DNA of 64,000 bases from Candidatus Hydrogenedentota bacterium (GCA_012730045.1 JAAYBR010000106.1:64550-128549), one strand, 5' to 3'; numbered from the stretch's first letter, positions 48,459 through 63,412 are shown. A program made the numbers and translations. The notes: generated by a model from the letters alone, not told the origin.

Positions 48459-49361
48459 ATGAAACCCTTTTCCAGACGCCATTGGATGGCCCTCTGCGCC
48501 GGCGCGGCCGGCGCCGCCTCCCTCACCGTTTCCGCCCCATCCCGGGGAATGCGCGTTGCCGCCGCGGCCGCCGCGGAGGTGCCGTTCAAGGTGGGCATGG
48601 TCACCTACAAGATGGGGGAGAAGATGACCTGCGACCAGTTGATCGCCCTGTGCAAGGAGGCGGGGCTGGCGGGGGTCGAACTGCGCACCACGCACAGCCA
48701 CGGCGTGGAGCTGTCCCTCTCCAAAACGGAGCGCGCCGATGTCCGCAAGAAGTTTGAAGACTCCGGCATCGTGCTGGTCGGCCTGGGCAGCACTTATGAT
48801 TTCCACGACCCCTCGGCGGTCAAGAAGAACGTTGAGGGCGCCAAAGAATACGCGCAGTTGGCGGCGGATGTGGGGGCGGGCGGCATCAAGGTGCGCCCGA
48901 ACGGGGTGAACAAGGGCGAAGAGCTGGCGGTCACCCATGAGCGCATCGGCAAAGCCTGGGGCGAGGTGGCGGCCGCCGCCGCCAGTCTCGGGGTGGAGGT
49001 CCGCATGGAGGTGCACGGCCCGGAGGGCTCCCGCGAGCCAAAGAGCGTGCGGGCCATGCTTGACCACGCCAACCACGCCAACGCGAAGGTTTGCTGGAAC
49101 TGCAACAGCGGCGAAACGGACGAGAACGGCAGCATCCGGGCCAATTTCGAGCTCCTGAAGCACGCCCTGGGCCTGGTCCACATCACCGACATCGGCGTGC
49201 CCAAATACCCCTGGCAGGAGCTGTTCGACCTGCTCAAGGAGTGCGGATACACGGGCTACTGCCTTGCCGAGATTGAGGGCAACGACGACCCCGCGCGCTT
49301 CATGCGGTACTATCGGACCCTGTTTGACCTCTATACCGGACAGCCCACCTGGCCCGCGTGA
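48459..49361 (+). CDS. sugar phosphate isomerase/epimerase (xylose-isomerase-like TIM barrel) with Tat-type signal
   Basis: It has a twin-arginine-like N-terminus (MKPFSRRHWMALCAGAAGAAS), a TIM-barrel family feel, and an AAGGAG RBS 7 nt upstream of the ATG. Confidence 0.65.
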   Translation: MKPFSRRHWMALCAGAAGAASLTVSAPSRGMRVAAAAAAEVPFKVGMVTYKMGEKMTCDQLIALCKEAGLAGVELRTTHSHGVELSLSKTERADVRKKFEDSGIVLVGLGSTYDFHDPSAVKKNVEGAKEYAQLAADVGAGGIKVRPNGVNKGEELAVTHERIGKAWGEVAAAAASLGVEVRMEVHGPEGSREPKSVRAMLDHANHANAKVCWNCNSGETDENGSIRANFELLKHALGLVHITDIGVPKYPWQELFDLLKECGYTGYCLAEIEGNDDPARFMRYYRTLFDLYTGQPTWPA

Positions 49362-51460
49362 ACGTGCCGCCGGAAACGCCAGAGGACGCTGAAAGCACCG
49401 CCGCCTCCCCGGCAATTGCCCTGGAGGACGGGGTGGAGGTTCTTCCCGGCATCGGTCCGGGCCGGGCAGCCCTGCTGGCCCGTCTCTCCATCTCCAACGT
49501 GCGGGACCTCCTGCTTCATTTCCCCCGGGCCTACCGCGACTGCCGCGAACTCACGCCCCTGGCGGATGTTCAGCCCGGGGAACAAGTCTCCGTGGTTGCG
49601 GAGATCACGGCCAGCCGCCAAGTCCGCCTGGGCGGGCGAACCTCCCTGGCGCTGGTGTCCCTCTCCGACGGCACTGGTGCCGTGCAGGCCTCCTTCTTCG
49701 GCAGGGGCTTCCTCGCCAAGAGCGCCTTCGTTCCGGGGAGGACCGCCTTCTTCTCGGGCCGCGTGGGTCAGTACAACGGCCCCTGCCTGTCCAGCCCGGA
49801 ATACGAGTTCCTGGAGGAGGAGGACCTCCAAAGCCTCCGGCAGGGCCGCATCCTGCCCGCCTATCCCCTGACCGAGGGGGTCACCCAGCGGATGATGAGG
49901 AAGTGGGTGCGGGCCGCCCTCGACGTTGCAGCGCCCCTCCTGCGGGAGCCTTTGCCCGGTGAACTCCTCCGCCGCATGGGGCTTCCGGGCCTCGCCGAAG
50001 CCCTGCGCCGGGTGCATGCTCCTGACACGCCCGAAGAGGCCGCCGATGCCCGACGACGCCTCATCTTTGAGGAGCTGCTCGTCCTGCAGACGGACATCCA
50101 GCGACAGAAGCGCCTGTTGCGGCAGGAGGACCGCGCACACACCAACCGTGTCGGCGGAGAATTGTTCCGCCGGTTCCAGGCCGGCATCCCCTTTGCCCTG
50201 ACCGCCGCGCAGCAGCGGGCCGTGGAGGACATCGTCCGCGACATGGCCGGACCCTCGCCCATGCTCCGCCTGCTTCAGGGCGATGTGGGCTCCGGCAAGA
50301 CCCTGGTGGCCCTCCATGCGGCCGTCATCGCGGCGGACGGCGGACACCAGACCGCCCTCATGGCCCCCACCGAACTGCTGGCCGCCCAGCACGCGCTGGT
50401 GCTGGACGGCCTGCTCGCCCCCCTGGGGCTGCGCACCGTCCTGATCACCGGCGGCGCCGAGGGAAGGGGAGAAGCCCTCCGGGCGGCCGCCTCCGGCGCC
50501 GCGCAGGTGGTCGTGGGCACCCACGCCCTCTTTCAGGAGCAGGCCGCCTTTCACCGGCTCGGTTTGGTGATCATTGACGAGCAGCACCGTTTCGGTGTCG
50601 CCCAGCGCGAACTCTTGGTCCGGAAGGGCCCGCGTCCCGATGTTCTCCAAATGTCGGCGACGCCCATACCCCGTTCCCTGGCGCTCACCGTTTTCGGACG
50701 CATGGACCTCACGGTGATGGACGAACTGCCCCCGGGCCGCACGCCCGTGACCACACGATACATCCCCCAGGGCAAGGTTTCGGCGTGCTACGACCATGTC
50801 AGGAAACAGGCCGAGAAGGGGGTGCAGGCCTATATCGTCTGCCCCCTCATCGAGGAATCCGCCGCCAAACAGGACACCCGGGCGCTGCTCCGCCATTTTG
50901 AAGAACTCTCCGCGGGCCCGCTGGCGGGGCTGAGCGCCGGAATCCTGCACGGGCGCCTTTCCGCGCCGGAAAAGGCCGCAGTCATGCGCGCCTTCAAACA
51001 GGGCGAGATTCAGGTGCTCTTCAGCACCACGGTGGTCGAGGTCGGAATAGACGTCCCCAACGCCACGCTCATGGTCATCGAGAACGCCTCCGAATTCGGC
51101 CTGACACAGCTCCATCAGCTCCGCGGACGGGTGGGGCGGGGAACCCAGCCCTCGTTCTGCTTCCTCCTGGGAAAACCCAAAACCGCCGAGGGCAGGGAAC
51201 GGGTGGAGACCCTCTGCAAATCCACCAGCGGCTTCGACATCGCCGAGGCGGACCTCCGCATGCGGGGGCCGGGGGAGCTGCTGGGTGTCCGGCAGGCCGG
51301 TCTGAGCGACCTGCGCGCCGCAGACCTGATCCGCGACGCTCGCCTCCTCGATGCCGCCCGCCGCGAGGCGGAACGCCTCACAGCCCCGGACTGCGCCGAC
51401 ACCGGTGACCTTGCGCGCTCCCTGTTTCGTCCCCAAAACGATGACATCACGCCCGCATGA
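49358..51460 (+). CDS. recG: ATP-dependent DNA helicase RecG
   Basis: 700 aa with an N-terminal wedge domain, helicase motif I (GDVGSGKTLVALHAAV), DEQHRFG, and C-terminal helicase motifs. The GTG start overlaps the upstream stop (GTGA). Confidence 0.9.
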   Translation: MNVPPETPEDAESTAASPAIALEDGVEVLPGIGPGRAALLARLSISNVRDLLLHFPRAYRDCRELTPLADVQPGEQVSVVAEITASRQVRLGGRTSLALVSLSDGTGAVQASFFGRGFLAKSAFVPGRTAFFSGRVGQYNGPCLSSPEYEFLEEEDLQSLRQGRILPAYPLTEGVTQRMMRKWVRAALDVAAPLLREPLPGELLRRMGLPGLAEALRRVHAPDTPEEAADARRRLIFEELLVLQTDIQRQKRLLRQEDRAHTNRVGGELFRRFQAGIPFALTAAQQRAVEDIVRDMAGPSPMLRLLQGDVGSGKTLVALHAAVIAADGGHQTALMAPTELLAAQHALVLDGLLAPLGLRTVLITGGAEGRGEALRAAASGAAQVVVGTHALFQEQAAFHRLGLVIIDEQHRFGVAQRELLVRKGPRPDVLQMSATPIPRSLALTVFGRMDLTVMDELPPGRTPVTTRYIPQGKVSACYDHVRKQAEKGVQAYIVCPLIEESAAKQDTRALLRHFEELSAGPLAGLSAGILHGRLSAPEKAAVMRAFKQGEIQVLFSTTVVEVGIDVPNATLMVIENASEFGLTQLHQLRGRVGRGTQPSFCFLLGKPKTAEGRERVETLCKSTSGFDIAEADLRMRGPGELLGVRQAGLSDLRAADLIRDARLLDAARREAERLTAPDCADTGDLARSLFRPQNDDITPA

Positions 51461-51587
51461 ACCCGCGCCGGGCGCAACATTGCCTCCCAAGCCCCTTTCC
51501 TGCTACGATAAGGTTGCGTATAGAAGAGGCTGGTCCGGCGGTCGGATGCCGGGGGCTTATGGTTGATGGGACAGAGGGACGGAGAAC

Positions 51588-52172
51588 GTGGCTGACGCTT
51601 TGGTGATAAACCGCTCGCGCGAGTTTGAACGGCAGGTGCTGGAGCATATTGACATGCTCTTTGCCGTCGCCATGCGCCTCACCCGCAACTCCGCCGACGC
51701 GGAGGATCTCACGCAGAACACCATCGTCAAAGCCCTGCGCTTCCACGACAAGTTCCGCGAGGGCACCTACATCAAGGCCTGGCTCCTCACCATCCTGCGC
51801 AACACCTTCATCAACGAATACCGCCGGAAGACCCGCCGCCCCGCCGAAGTCGAACTGTCGGGCTTTGAGTCCGCCCCGGAGACCGCCCCCGACCCCGATG
51901 TCTTCTTCGAGCCCCGCCGGGGGAACCAGGAGGACCTCCTGGAACTCGTGGACGACCCCGTGCGCAAGGCCATCGAGGCCCTCCCCGACGACTTCCGCAA
52001 CGCCGTCATCATGGCCGACCTCGAGGACATGTCCTACAAGGAGATCGCCGACATCATGCAGTGCCCCCTCGGCACCGTCATGTCCCGCCTCTACCGCGGA
52101 CGCAAGCTCCTCCGCGAGGCCCTGGAAGACTACGCCCGCGAGCGCAGAATGGTGCCCGGCACCCGCGTCTGA
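51588..52172 (+). CDS. RNA polymerase sigma-70 factor, ECF subfamily
   Basis: 194 aa with region 2 (DLTQNTIVKALRFHDKFREGTYIKAWLLTILRNTFINEYRR) and region 4 (YKEIADIMQCPLGTVMSRLYRGRKLL). It has a GTG start with a GGAG RBS. No anti-sigma gene is adjacent. Confidence 0.85.
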   Translation: MADALVINRSREFERQVLEHIDMLFAVAMRLTRNSADAEDLTQNTIVKALRFHDKFREGTYIKAWLLTILRNTFINEYRRKTRRPAEVELSGFESAPETAPDPDVFFEPRRGNQEDLLELVDDPVRKAIEALPDDFRNAVIMADLEDMSYKEIADIMQCPLGTVMSRLYRGRKLLREALEDYARERRMVPGTRV

Positions 52173-52177
52173 GCCGC

Positions 52178-53668
52178 CTACGCCCGCCTCCAGAAGGAGG
52201 GGAGGAACAGCACGCAGATGCTGAAGAACTCCAGGCGGCCGATCACCATCAGCAGCGACAGGAACCACTTGCCCGCCGCCGGCACACAGGCGTAGTTGGC
52301 CGTGGAGCCCACCAGTTCCATCCCCGGCCCGATGTTGTTCACCGTCGCCACGACGGAACTGAAGGCCGTCTGGAAGGGAAGCCCCAGCAAAGACATGAAC
52401 ATGGTCCCCACGACCAGCACGGCGACATGCATCGCGAAGAAGGTGTAAACGGTGAGCTGCACTTCAAGCGGCACCGCGGCGCCGTTCATCCGCACCGCGC
52501 GCACCGTCTTGGGGCGGTACAGGCGCTCCAGCTGGTTGCGCACGATCTTGGCGATCAGCGCGACGCGGAAAACCTTGGTTCCCCCCGCCGTGGAGCCGGA
52601 GCAGGCCCCCACGATCATCAGGGCGATCAGCACCGTGCGCGAGAAATACGGCCAGAGGTCCGTGTTGTCCGTCGCGAACCCCGTCGTCGTCATAACGGTG
52701 CCCACCTGAAACACGGCCACACGCAGCGCGTGCCCGAAACCGTACCGCACATCATGCGTCCCCGCGCCGGGATCCTCCGGTATGGCCCCCTGGACGCCTA
52801 TCAGATTCACGGTGATCAGCAGGGTGGCGGCCAGCAGGATGCCGAGATACCACCGAAACTCCGTGCTGCGTAAAGGGGCTTTCCAGTCCCCCTGGAGCAT
52901 GGCGAAATACAGCCCGAAATTCGCCCCGCAAAGCACCGTGAACACGGTCACAATGATCTCGATGGGAAGGCTGTCGTAGGCGCCGATGCTGGCGGTGCGC
53001 GTGGAGAACCCCCCGGTGGACAGCGAGGCAAAGGTGTGGCAGAGCGCGTCGAACAGGCTCATTCCCGCCGCCGCCAGGCACGCCGTCTGGACGATGGTCA
53101 TGCCCAGATAAATCTTGTAGAGCATCGCCGCCGTGTCCTGCATGCGCGGCAGCAGGCCTGTCTTGTCCACCCCGGGCACCTCGGACCGGTAAAGCTGCTT
53201 CCCCCCGGCCCCCAGGGAGGGCAGCACCGCGATGATCAGCACAATGATCCCCATGCCCCCCAGCCAGTGGGTGGTTGCCCGCCAGAAGAGCAGGCTCTTG
53301 TCCACCGGCTCCACCTTCTCCAGCACCGAGGCCCCGGTGGTGGTGTAGCCGGACATGGACTCGAAATAGGCGGACGCCGGGTCCATGAGCCCCGAAAAGA
53401 CATAGGGCAGGGCACTCACCCCCGCAATCAGGAGCCACCCCAGCGCCACAAGGGCCAGCCCCTCCCGCTCATACACCCGAACCCGGGCCCCGCGGCCCAC
53501 TCCCCACAGCGCAAACCCGGCCGCCACCGTCAGCACGATGGTGCGCAGAAACGCCTCAAGGGAGCGCCATTCCCCGTACCAGACCGCCCACAGCGCCGAA
53601 ACCGCCAGCGGCAGCGCAAGCGCGAGCAGAAACACGCCGAGATATCGCAGCAGCAGACGGTAATTCAT
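52178..53668 (-). CDS. trkH: TrkH/KtrB-family potassium uptake protein (paralogue 2)
   Basis: 496 aa, polytopic, with family-typical repeats (GFSTRTASIGAY..., TTGFATDNTDLWPY...). Confidence 0.85.
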   Translation of the reverse strand: MNYRLLLRYLGVFLLALALPLAVSALWAVWYGEWRSLEAFLRTIVLTVAAGFALWGVGRGARVRVYEREGLALVALGWLLIAGVSALPYVFSGLMDPASAYFESMSGYTTTGASVLEKVEPVDKSLLFWRATTHWLGGMGIIVLIIAVLPSLGAGGKQLYRSEVPGVDKTGLLPRMQDTAAMLYKIYLGMTIVQTACLAAAGMSLFDALCHTFASLSTGGFSTRTASIGAYDSLPIEIIVTVFTVLCGANFGLYFAMLQGDWKAPLRSTEFRWYLGILLAATLLITVNLIGVQGAIPEDPGAGTHDVRYGFGHALRVAVFQVGTVMTTTGFATDNTDLWPYFSRTVLIALMIVGACSGSTAGGTKVFRVALIAKIVRNQLERLYRPKTVRAVRMNGAAVPLEVQLTVYTFFAMHVAVLVVGTMFMSLLGLPFQTAFSSVVATVNNIGPGMELVGSTANYACVPAAGKWFLSLLMVIGRLEFFSICVLFLPSFWRRA

Positions 53669-53713
53669 TTCCCACCATTGTCAGAAAGGTTGCACCGGAA
53701 CGGGCGCCGCGCC

Positions 53714-55213
53714 TCAGCCGCGCCGCCAGAACGACGGAAAGAAGAATACCATAACACTGAAGAACTCCAGACGCCCCGTGACCATGACCAGGCTCAGGAA
53801 CCACTTGCCGGCGGCGGGCACGCAGGAGAAGTTTCTCTCGGCGCCCACCAGCTCAAGCCCCGGCCCGGTGTTGTTCAGACAGGCCACCACGGAGGAAAAG
53901 GCGCTCTGCAGCGGAAGGCCCAGAAACGACATGACCACCGTGGAAAACGCCATCACGGCCACATAGACCAGAAAGAAGGAGAGCACGCTGTACTGGATGT
54001 CCTCCGAGACGACCTGTCCGTTCACGCGGATGGCCCGCAGGGTGTGCGGCCGGTAGATGCGCTGAACCTGCTGCATGCCGATCTTGAAGAGAATCACCAC
54101 GCGGATGATCTTGATGCCGCCCGCCGTGGAGCCGGCGCATCCCCCCATCATCACGATGAGCATAATCCATATCCGGGAGAAATAGGGCCAGATGTCGAAA
54201 TCGGCCCCCGTGAACCCCGTGTTGGTCATCATGGTCGCCACCTGGAACGAGGAAAAGCGCAGGGCCTGGCCGCAGGAGTAGTCCACGCCGCCCAGGGCGC
54301 CGGGCACCGACGTGTCCTCGGGCGCCACCACCCCCTGCACCCTCATCAGGTTGACCGTGATGAGCAGGGTGGACACCACGAAGATGCCCATGAACACGCG
54401 CCACTCCGTGTCCCGGAAGAGGGCGCGCCAGTCGCCCTTGGCCATAAGGTAGTAGAGCGTGAAATTCGTCGCCCCGATCAGTTCAAACGCCGTGATCACC
54501 CCCTCAATCGCGACGCTGTCAAAGGCCTCCACGCTCTTGTTTCTTGTCGAGTATCCGCCCGTCGCCAGGCTCCCGAAGGTGTGGCAGAGGGCGTCGAAGA
54601 AGTCCATCCCCGCGATCATCAGCGCCGCCGCGTGGATGACCGTCAGCACCAGGTACACCTTCAGAAGGATGAAGGCGGACTCCTTGATGCGCGGGCGCAC
54701 GCCGTCCTTGGAAAGGCCCGTCACCTCCGACTGGTAAAGCATCTTGCCCGACATGCCGATGAAGGGGATCACGGCGATCATGAGCACCACGATGCCGATG
54801 CCCCCCAGCCAGTGCGTGAGGGAACGCCAGAACAGGATTCCCTTGGGAAGCCCCTCGATGTCCGCAATGACCGAGGATCCCGTGGTGGTGAACCCGGACA
54901 TGGACTCGAAGTAGGCCTCCGTGAAGGTCTGCGTGCCCAGGTACCAGAAAGGGAGCGCGCCGAGCCCGGCAATCAAAATCCAGCCCAGCCCGACCAGCGC
55001 CACGCTTTCACGCTCATACATCCGCCGCTGGGGACCCCGGCCGAGATACAGCAATGCCGCCCCGGCCAGAACCGACGTGGCCGCCGACTCCAGCAAGGCC
55101 CGCAGGGCGGCCGGTTCCCCGTACCAGAGGGACCACAGGGAGGAGACGGCCATCCAGACGGCCACCCACAGGGAGAAGACCCCCAGGTTCTTTGCGATGA
55201 TACGGTAGTTCAT
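53714..55213 (-). CDS. trkH: TrkH/KtrB-family potassium uptake protein (paralogue 1)
   Basis: 499 aa, similar to the downstream paralogue (MNYRIIAKNLGVFSLW... versus MNYRLLLRYLGVFLLA...). Confidence 0.85.
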   Translation of the reverse strand: MNYRIIAKNLGVFSLWVAVWMAVSSLWSLWYGEPAALRALLESAATSVLAGAALLYLGRGPQRRMYERESVALVGLGWILIAGLGALPFWYLGTQTFTEAYFESMSGFTTTGSSVIADIEGLPKGILFWRSLTHWLGGIGIVVLMIAVIPFIGMSGKMLYQSEVTGLSKDGVRPRIKESAFILLKVYLVLTVIHAAALMIAGMDFFDALCHTFGSLATGGYSTRNKSVEAFDSVAIEGVITAFELIGATNFTLYYLMAKGDWRALFRDTEWRVFMGIFVVSTLLITVNLMRVQGVVAPEDTSVPGALGGVDYSCGQALRFSSFQVATMMTNTGFTGADFDIWPYFSRIWIMLIVMMGGCAGSTAGGIKIIRVVILFKIGMQQVQRIYRPHTLRAIRVNGQVVSEDIQYSVLSFFLVYVAVMAFSTVVMSFLGLPLQSAFSSVVACLNNTGPGLELVGAERNFSCVPAAGKWFLSLVMVTGRLEFFSVMVFFFPSFWRRG

Positions 55214-56556
55214 CAGACGCCCGTGAGGGCCTTTCGCGCGGCGTTGGCCTCTGCGGTGGGGGAAATGAAGACCACCGTGTCCCCCCGCTGGAGGATGTCG
55301 GAGCCGCCGGGCACGATAACCTGGTCGCCACGCAGGATTGTGGCGATCAGCGCCTGCCCCGGCAGGCGGCCGGCCACCTCCGCGATGGTGCGGCCAGCCA
55401 CCGGCGCGGCATCGCCCAACGCCGCCTCGACCACCTCCATGTCCCCCTCGCCGAGGAAGGACGACGCCGTGACGCGCTCCTGGTGGATGATCTTGAGCAC
55501 GCTGTTGGCGAAGGCAAGCCGGGGGGTCAGGGCAAGGTCTATGCCCAGCTTCATGACCAGCGGCGCGAAGTCCGGCTGGTGCACCACAGCCACGACATGC
55601 GGCACGCCCACCTCCCGCGCGAGCACCCCCGCCATGATGTTCCGCTCGTCGTCCTCCGTGGTCGCCACAAACACGTCGAAGTTCTGGAGATGCTCCTGCT
55701 CCAGCGAGGCGCGCACCGTCGCGTCGCGGTTCACCACCTTGACGCGGTAGAACTCGCGGGCAAGCTCCTCGCAGGCCGCCGGGTTCTTCTCGAAAAGCTT
55801 CACCTCCATCTGGCGGGTGTCAAAGGCCTGGGCGACGCGGCGGCCGATCACGGTGTTCCCGAGAATCGCCACCTTCTTCGCCGGCGCGGACTCGCTGAAG
55901 AGCCGCCGGTGCGTTTCCATGGCCCCCTTCATGCCGATCAGGGTGACCTTGTCCCCGGCCTGCAGCACCGTGTCGCCGCGGACGATGCCGCTGGCCCCGC
56001 CCCGGGTGACCGTGCCCACCAGCAGGCCGCTGCCCGGGGGCAGGATGTCGCGCACGGCCCGGCCGGTCGCCGGGGCCTTCTCGCCCACCTGCACCTGGCA
56101 GAGCTGTATCCTTCCCCGCCCGAACTCCTCCACCCCCAGCACCCCCGGATTCTCCACAAACTGCGCAATGTCGTGGGCCGCCAGCGCGTCCGGGCTCAGC
56201 AGGTAGTCCACGTTCATGAACCCCTCGTAGAGAAAGCTGGACTCGATAAAATCCGTCGTATCCACCCGGGCCACCGCGCGGCCCGCGCCCAGGCCCTTGG
56301 CCAGCGTGGCGGCGATGAGGTTGCTCCGGTCGTCCCCCGTGCAGGCGATGAAAAGGTCCGCGTCCCCCGCGTTCAGCGACTGGAGAAGGAGCACGGAGGT
56401 GCAGTCGCCCACCACGGTGCGGGCGTCCAGGTCGAAATCAATCTCTTCCCGGCGCTGCGGGTTCCGGTCAAGCAGCGTGACATCCCGGCCCTCCGCGCAG
56501 AGAAGGCGCGCAAGGTGGAATCCCACACGTCCGCCACCGGCGATAAAGATGTTCAT
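55213..56556 (-). CDS. trkA: Trk system potassium uptake protein TrkA (tandem RCK/NAD-binding domains)
   Basis: Two Rossmann GxGxxG motifs are present (MNIFIAGGGRVGFHLA and KVAILGNTVIGRRVA). It overlaps the trkH start by 1 nt. The start was set at 56556. Confidence 0.85.
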   Translation of the reverse strand: MNIFIAGGGRVGFHLARLLCAEGRDVTLLDRNPQRREEIDFDLDARTVVGDCTSVLLLQSLNAGDADLFIACTGDDRSNLIAATLAKGLGAGRAVARVDTTDFIESSFLYEGFMNVDYLLSPDALAAHDIAQFVENPGVLGVEEFGRGRIQLCQVQVGEKAPATGRAVRDILPPGSGLLVGTVTRGGASGIVRGDTVLQAGDKVTLIGMKGAMETHRRLFSESAPAKKVAILGNTVIGRRVAQAFDTRQMEVKLFEKNPAACEELAREFYRVKVVNRDATVRASLEQEHLQNFDVFVATTEDDERNIMAGVLAREVGVPHVVAVVHQPDFAPLVMKLGIDLALTPRLAFANSVLKIIHQERVTASSFLGEGDMEVVEAALGDAAPVAGRTIAEVAGRLPGQALIATILRGDQVIVPGGSDILQRGDTVVFISPTAEANAARKALTGV

Positions 56557-56672
56557 GAGACCTCCAGTGACCCCCTGGGAGCGGTTCAACGGGTAAAAGC
56601 ATGAACCACCCCCGGCCCCTTTCTCAAGAAATACCCCCCTAAAACGCGCCGACACGGACCAGGCCGCCCACC

Positions 56673-60938
<4,266 letters not shown>

Positions 60939-60991
60939 TCCCGTCCGCATCTGATACCATTTCCGCAGGATCCAACCATGAGGGACAGGCC

Positions 60992-61681
60992 ATGTATAAG
61001 GTGCTCAAGGAAACGGTCTACGAAATGAACCGCGCCCTCGTCGAGGAGGGCCTCGTGCTGGAAACCTGGGGAAATGCCAGCGCGGCGGACCGGTCGGAGC
61101 GGGTAATCGCCATCAAGCCGAGCGGGGTGCAGTATGACGACCTCACCGCCGACACCATCGTGGTGGTGGACTTCGAGGGGAAGCTTGTCGCGGGGGATCT
61201 GTCCCCCTCGGTGGACACGCCGGCCCATCTGGCCCTCTACCGGGCCTTTCACGGCGTCAACGCCGTCATCCACACCCACTCCCACTACGCCACCGCCTTT
61301 GCCCAGGCGCGCCGGCCCATTCCCTGCCTCGGCACCACCCACGCCGACTACTTCCACGGCGAGATTCCCGTCGTCGCCGCGCCCTCGCAGGAGGAGATTC
61401 TGGATAACTACGAGCACCACATGGGCGGCCGCATTGTCCGCCATTTCTCGGGCAGGGACCCTCTGGCCTGTCCGGCGGCGCTGACGGCGGGCCACGCCCC
61501 CTTCGTCTGGGGGCAATCTCCGGCGGAAGCCCTGGAGAATGCCGTCGTGCTGGAGGAGGTCGCCCGGATGGCGGCGCACACCCTGGCCGTCAACCCGGCC
61601 GCTGCGCCCCTGGAGGACTACCTCCTCAACAAGCATTTCTTCCGCAAGCACGGGAAGGACGCCTATTACGGTCAACGGTGA
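60992..61681 (+). CDS. class II aldolase/adducin-family protein (L-ribulose-5-phosphate 4-epimerase / L-fuculose-phosphate aldolase-like)
   Basis: 229 aa (MYKVLKETVYEMNRALVEEGLV...) with IAIKPSG, a zinc-ligand block HTHSHYATAF, and AraD-like length. Confidence 0.8.
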   Translation: MYKVLKETVYEMNRALVEEGLVLETWGNASAADRSERVIAIKPSGVQYDDLTADTIVVVDFEGKLVAGDLSPSVDTPAHLALYRAFHGVNAVIHTHSHYATAFAQARRPIPCLGTTHADYFHGEIPVVAAPSQEEILDNYEHHMGGRIVRHFSGRDPLACPAALTAGHAPFVWGQSPAEALENAVVLEEVARMAAHTLAVNPAAAPLEDYLLNKHFFRKHGKDAYYGQR

Positions 61682-61813
61682 CGCGCGGCGCGGCGCGGTT
61701 GCATCGCCCCGGCCGGGGTTGGTAAAGTGGCCGTTCGGGATGGCCGCAGACGCGGGCTTCACGCCCCGGCGGCCCCCGTTTCCACGGTTTCATAGAACGG
61801 CAAGGGAGAAATC

Positions 61814-63403
61814 ATGCATCCTGAAATGAGAACCCTGGACATCGTGGTGCTGGTCGTGTATTTCCTGGCCATGGCGTCCATGGGGCCCTACTTCGCGCGG
61901 CGGAACAAGAACACGGAGAATTACTTCGTCGGCGGACGGTCGTACCCCGGGTGGCTGATCGGTCTGTCCATGTTCGCCACGTCCATCAGCTCCATCACCT
62001 TTGTGGCGTACCCCGCCGACGCCTACAAGACCGCCTACCTGCGGTTTCTGCTCTGCCTGACGCTCCCGCTGGGCATTTTCATCGCGTCCAAGGTGTTCCT
62101 GCCCTTCTACCGCCGCGCCCAGGTCACCTCCGCCTTTGAGTATCTGGAGGTGCGCTTCGGGGCGGGCACCCGCGCGTATGCGGCCACCGCCTTCATTGTC
62201 GCGCAGATCACCCGCCTGGGCCTGATCCTCTATCTTGTCTCCGTGCTGGTGCAGGAGATGACGGGGCTCAGCGCGGAGTACAGCATCCTCATCGGCGGCG
62301 TGATCACCTCGTTCTACACCATCACGGGCGGCATTGAGGCGGTCATCTGGACCGACTTCTTCCAGTCCTTCCTGCTGTGGTTCGGCGGTCTGGCCATCCT
62401 GATCCTGGTCGTCATGGGGGTGCCCGGGGGGCTCTCGGAAGTCATCTCCGTCGCCTGGCAGGACGGCAAATTCATGCTCGGCGACCTGAACACTGCCACG
62501 GGAAAACTGGAACCCGCGGGATGGGGTTTCAGCCTCACTGACAAGACCGTGATAATGATCATCCTGGTCGGCCTCACCAACTGGCTCACGGAGTACAGCA
62601 GCAACCAGAACGTCATCCAAAAATACGTCGCCACCAAGAACCCCCAGGAGGCCACCAAGGCCATCTGGATATGCTGCCTGTGCAGCGTGCCCACCTGGGC
62701 CTTCTTCATGTTCATCGGCACGGCCCTCTACGTGTATTTCAAGGTCAACCCCGATCCGAAGGCCCTGGCCATGCTCACCGGGGCCGACGGCGCCCGCGCC
62801 GACTCCATCATCCCCTACTTCGTGATTCAGAAGATGCCCGTGGGGCTCTCCGGACTCGTGGTCGCGGGCGTCCTCGCCGCCGCCATGTCCTCCCTCTCCT
62901 CCAGCATCAACGCCATCTCCGCCGTGAGCGTCGTGGACATCTACAAGCGCCACTTTGCAAAAGGCAAGTCGGAGCGGCACTACATGAACGCCGCGCGCCT
63001 GATCTCGCTCGCGGCCTCCGTCGCCATGCTGGGCTTCGCCTACGCGTTGCTCTTCGTCACCGAGCGCACCCTCCAGGACACGGCCACCAAGCTGGCCGCC
63101 ATCTTCGCCGGAGGCCTGATGGGCCTCTACTGCTTCGGATTCCTCACCAAGTGGGGCGACGGGCGCGCCGTCTTCGTGGGCATCCTCTTCACCGTGGTGT
63201 TCAGCGCGTGGCTGGCCCTCGTTGAACTCAAGGTCATCACCCCGTTTGTCCCCTTTGAGACCTATTACGGGGGACTGGTCGGCAACGTGATCATGTTCCT
63301 CCTGGGCTGCTTCTTTGGCGGGCTTGTCTTCCGGCCCAAACGGGACCTCACCAACCTCACGGTCTGGACCCAGACCGAGGAATGGAAGGCCCTGGACCAC
63401 TAA
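61814..63403 (+). CDS. sodium:solute symporter (SSS) family transporter
   Basis: 529 aa with 13-14 TM helices and an SSS signature region (YFVGGRSYPGWLIGLSMFATSISSITFVAYPADAYKTAY). Confidence 0.85.
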   Translation: MHPEMRTLDIVVLVVYFLAMASMGPYFARRNKNTENYFVGGRSYPGWLIGLSMFATSISSITFVAYPADAYKTAYLRFLLCLTLPLGIFIASKVFLPFYRRAQVTSAFEYLEVRFGAGTRAYAATAFIVAQITRLGLILYLVSVLVQEMTGLSAEYSILIGGVITSFYTITGGIEAVIWTDFFQSFLLWFGGLAILILVVMGVPGGLSEVISVAWQDGKFMLGDLNTATGKLEPAGWGFSLTDKTVIMIILVGLTNWLTEYSSNQNVIQKYVATKNPQEATKAIWICCLCSVPTWAFFMFIGTALYVYFKVNPDPKALAMLTGADGARADSIIPYFVIQKMPVGLSGLVVAGVLAAAMSSLSSSINAISAVSVVDIYKRHFAKGKSERHYMNAARLISLAASVAMLGFAYALLFVTERTLQDTATKLAAIFAGGLMGLYCFGFLTKWGDGRAVFVGILFTVVFSAWLALVELKVITPFVPFETYYGGLVGNVIMFLLGCFFGGLVFRPKRDLTNLTVWTQTEEWKALDH

Positions 63404-63412
63404 CCGCGCGGT

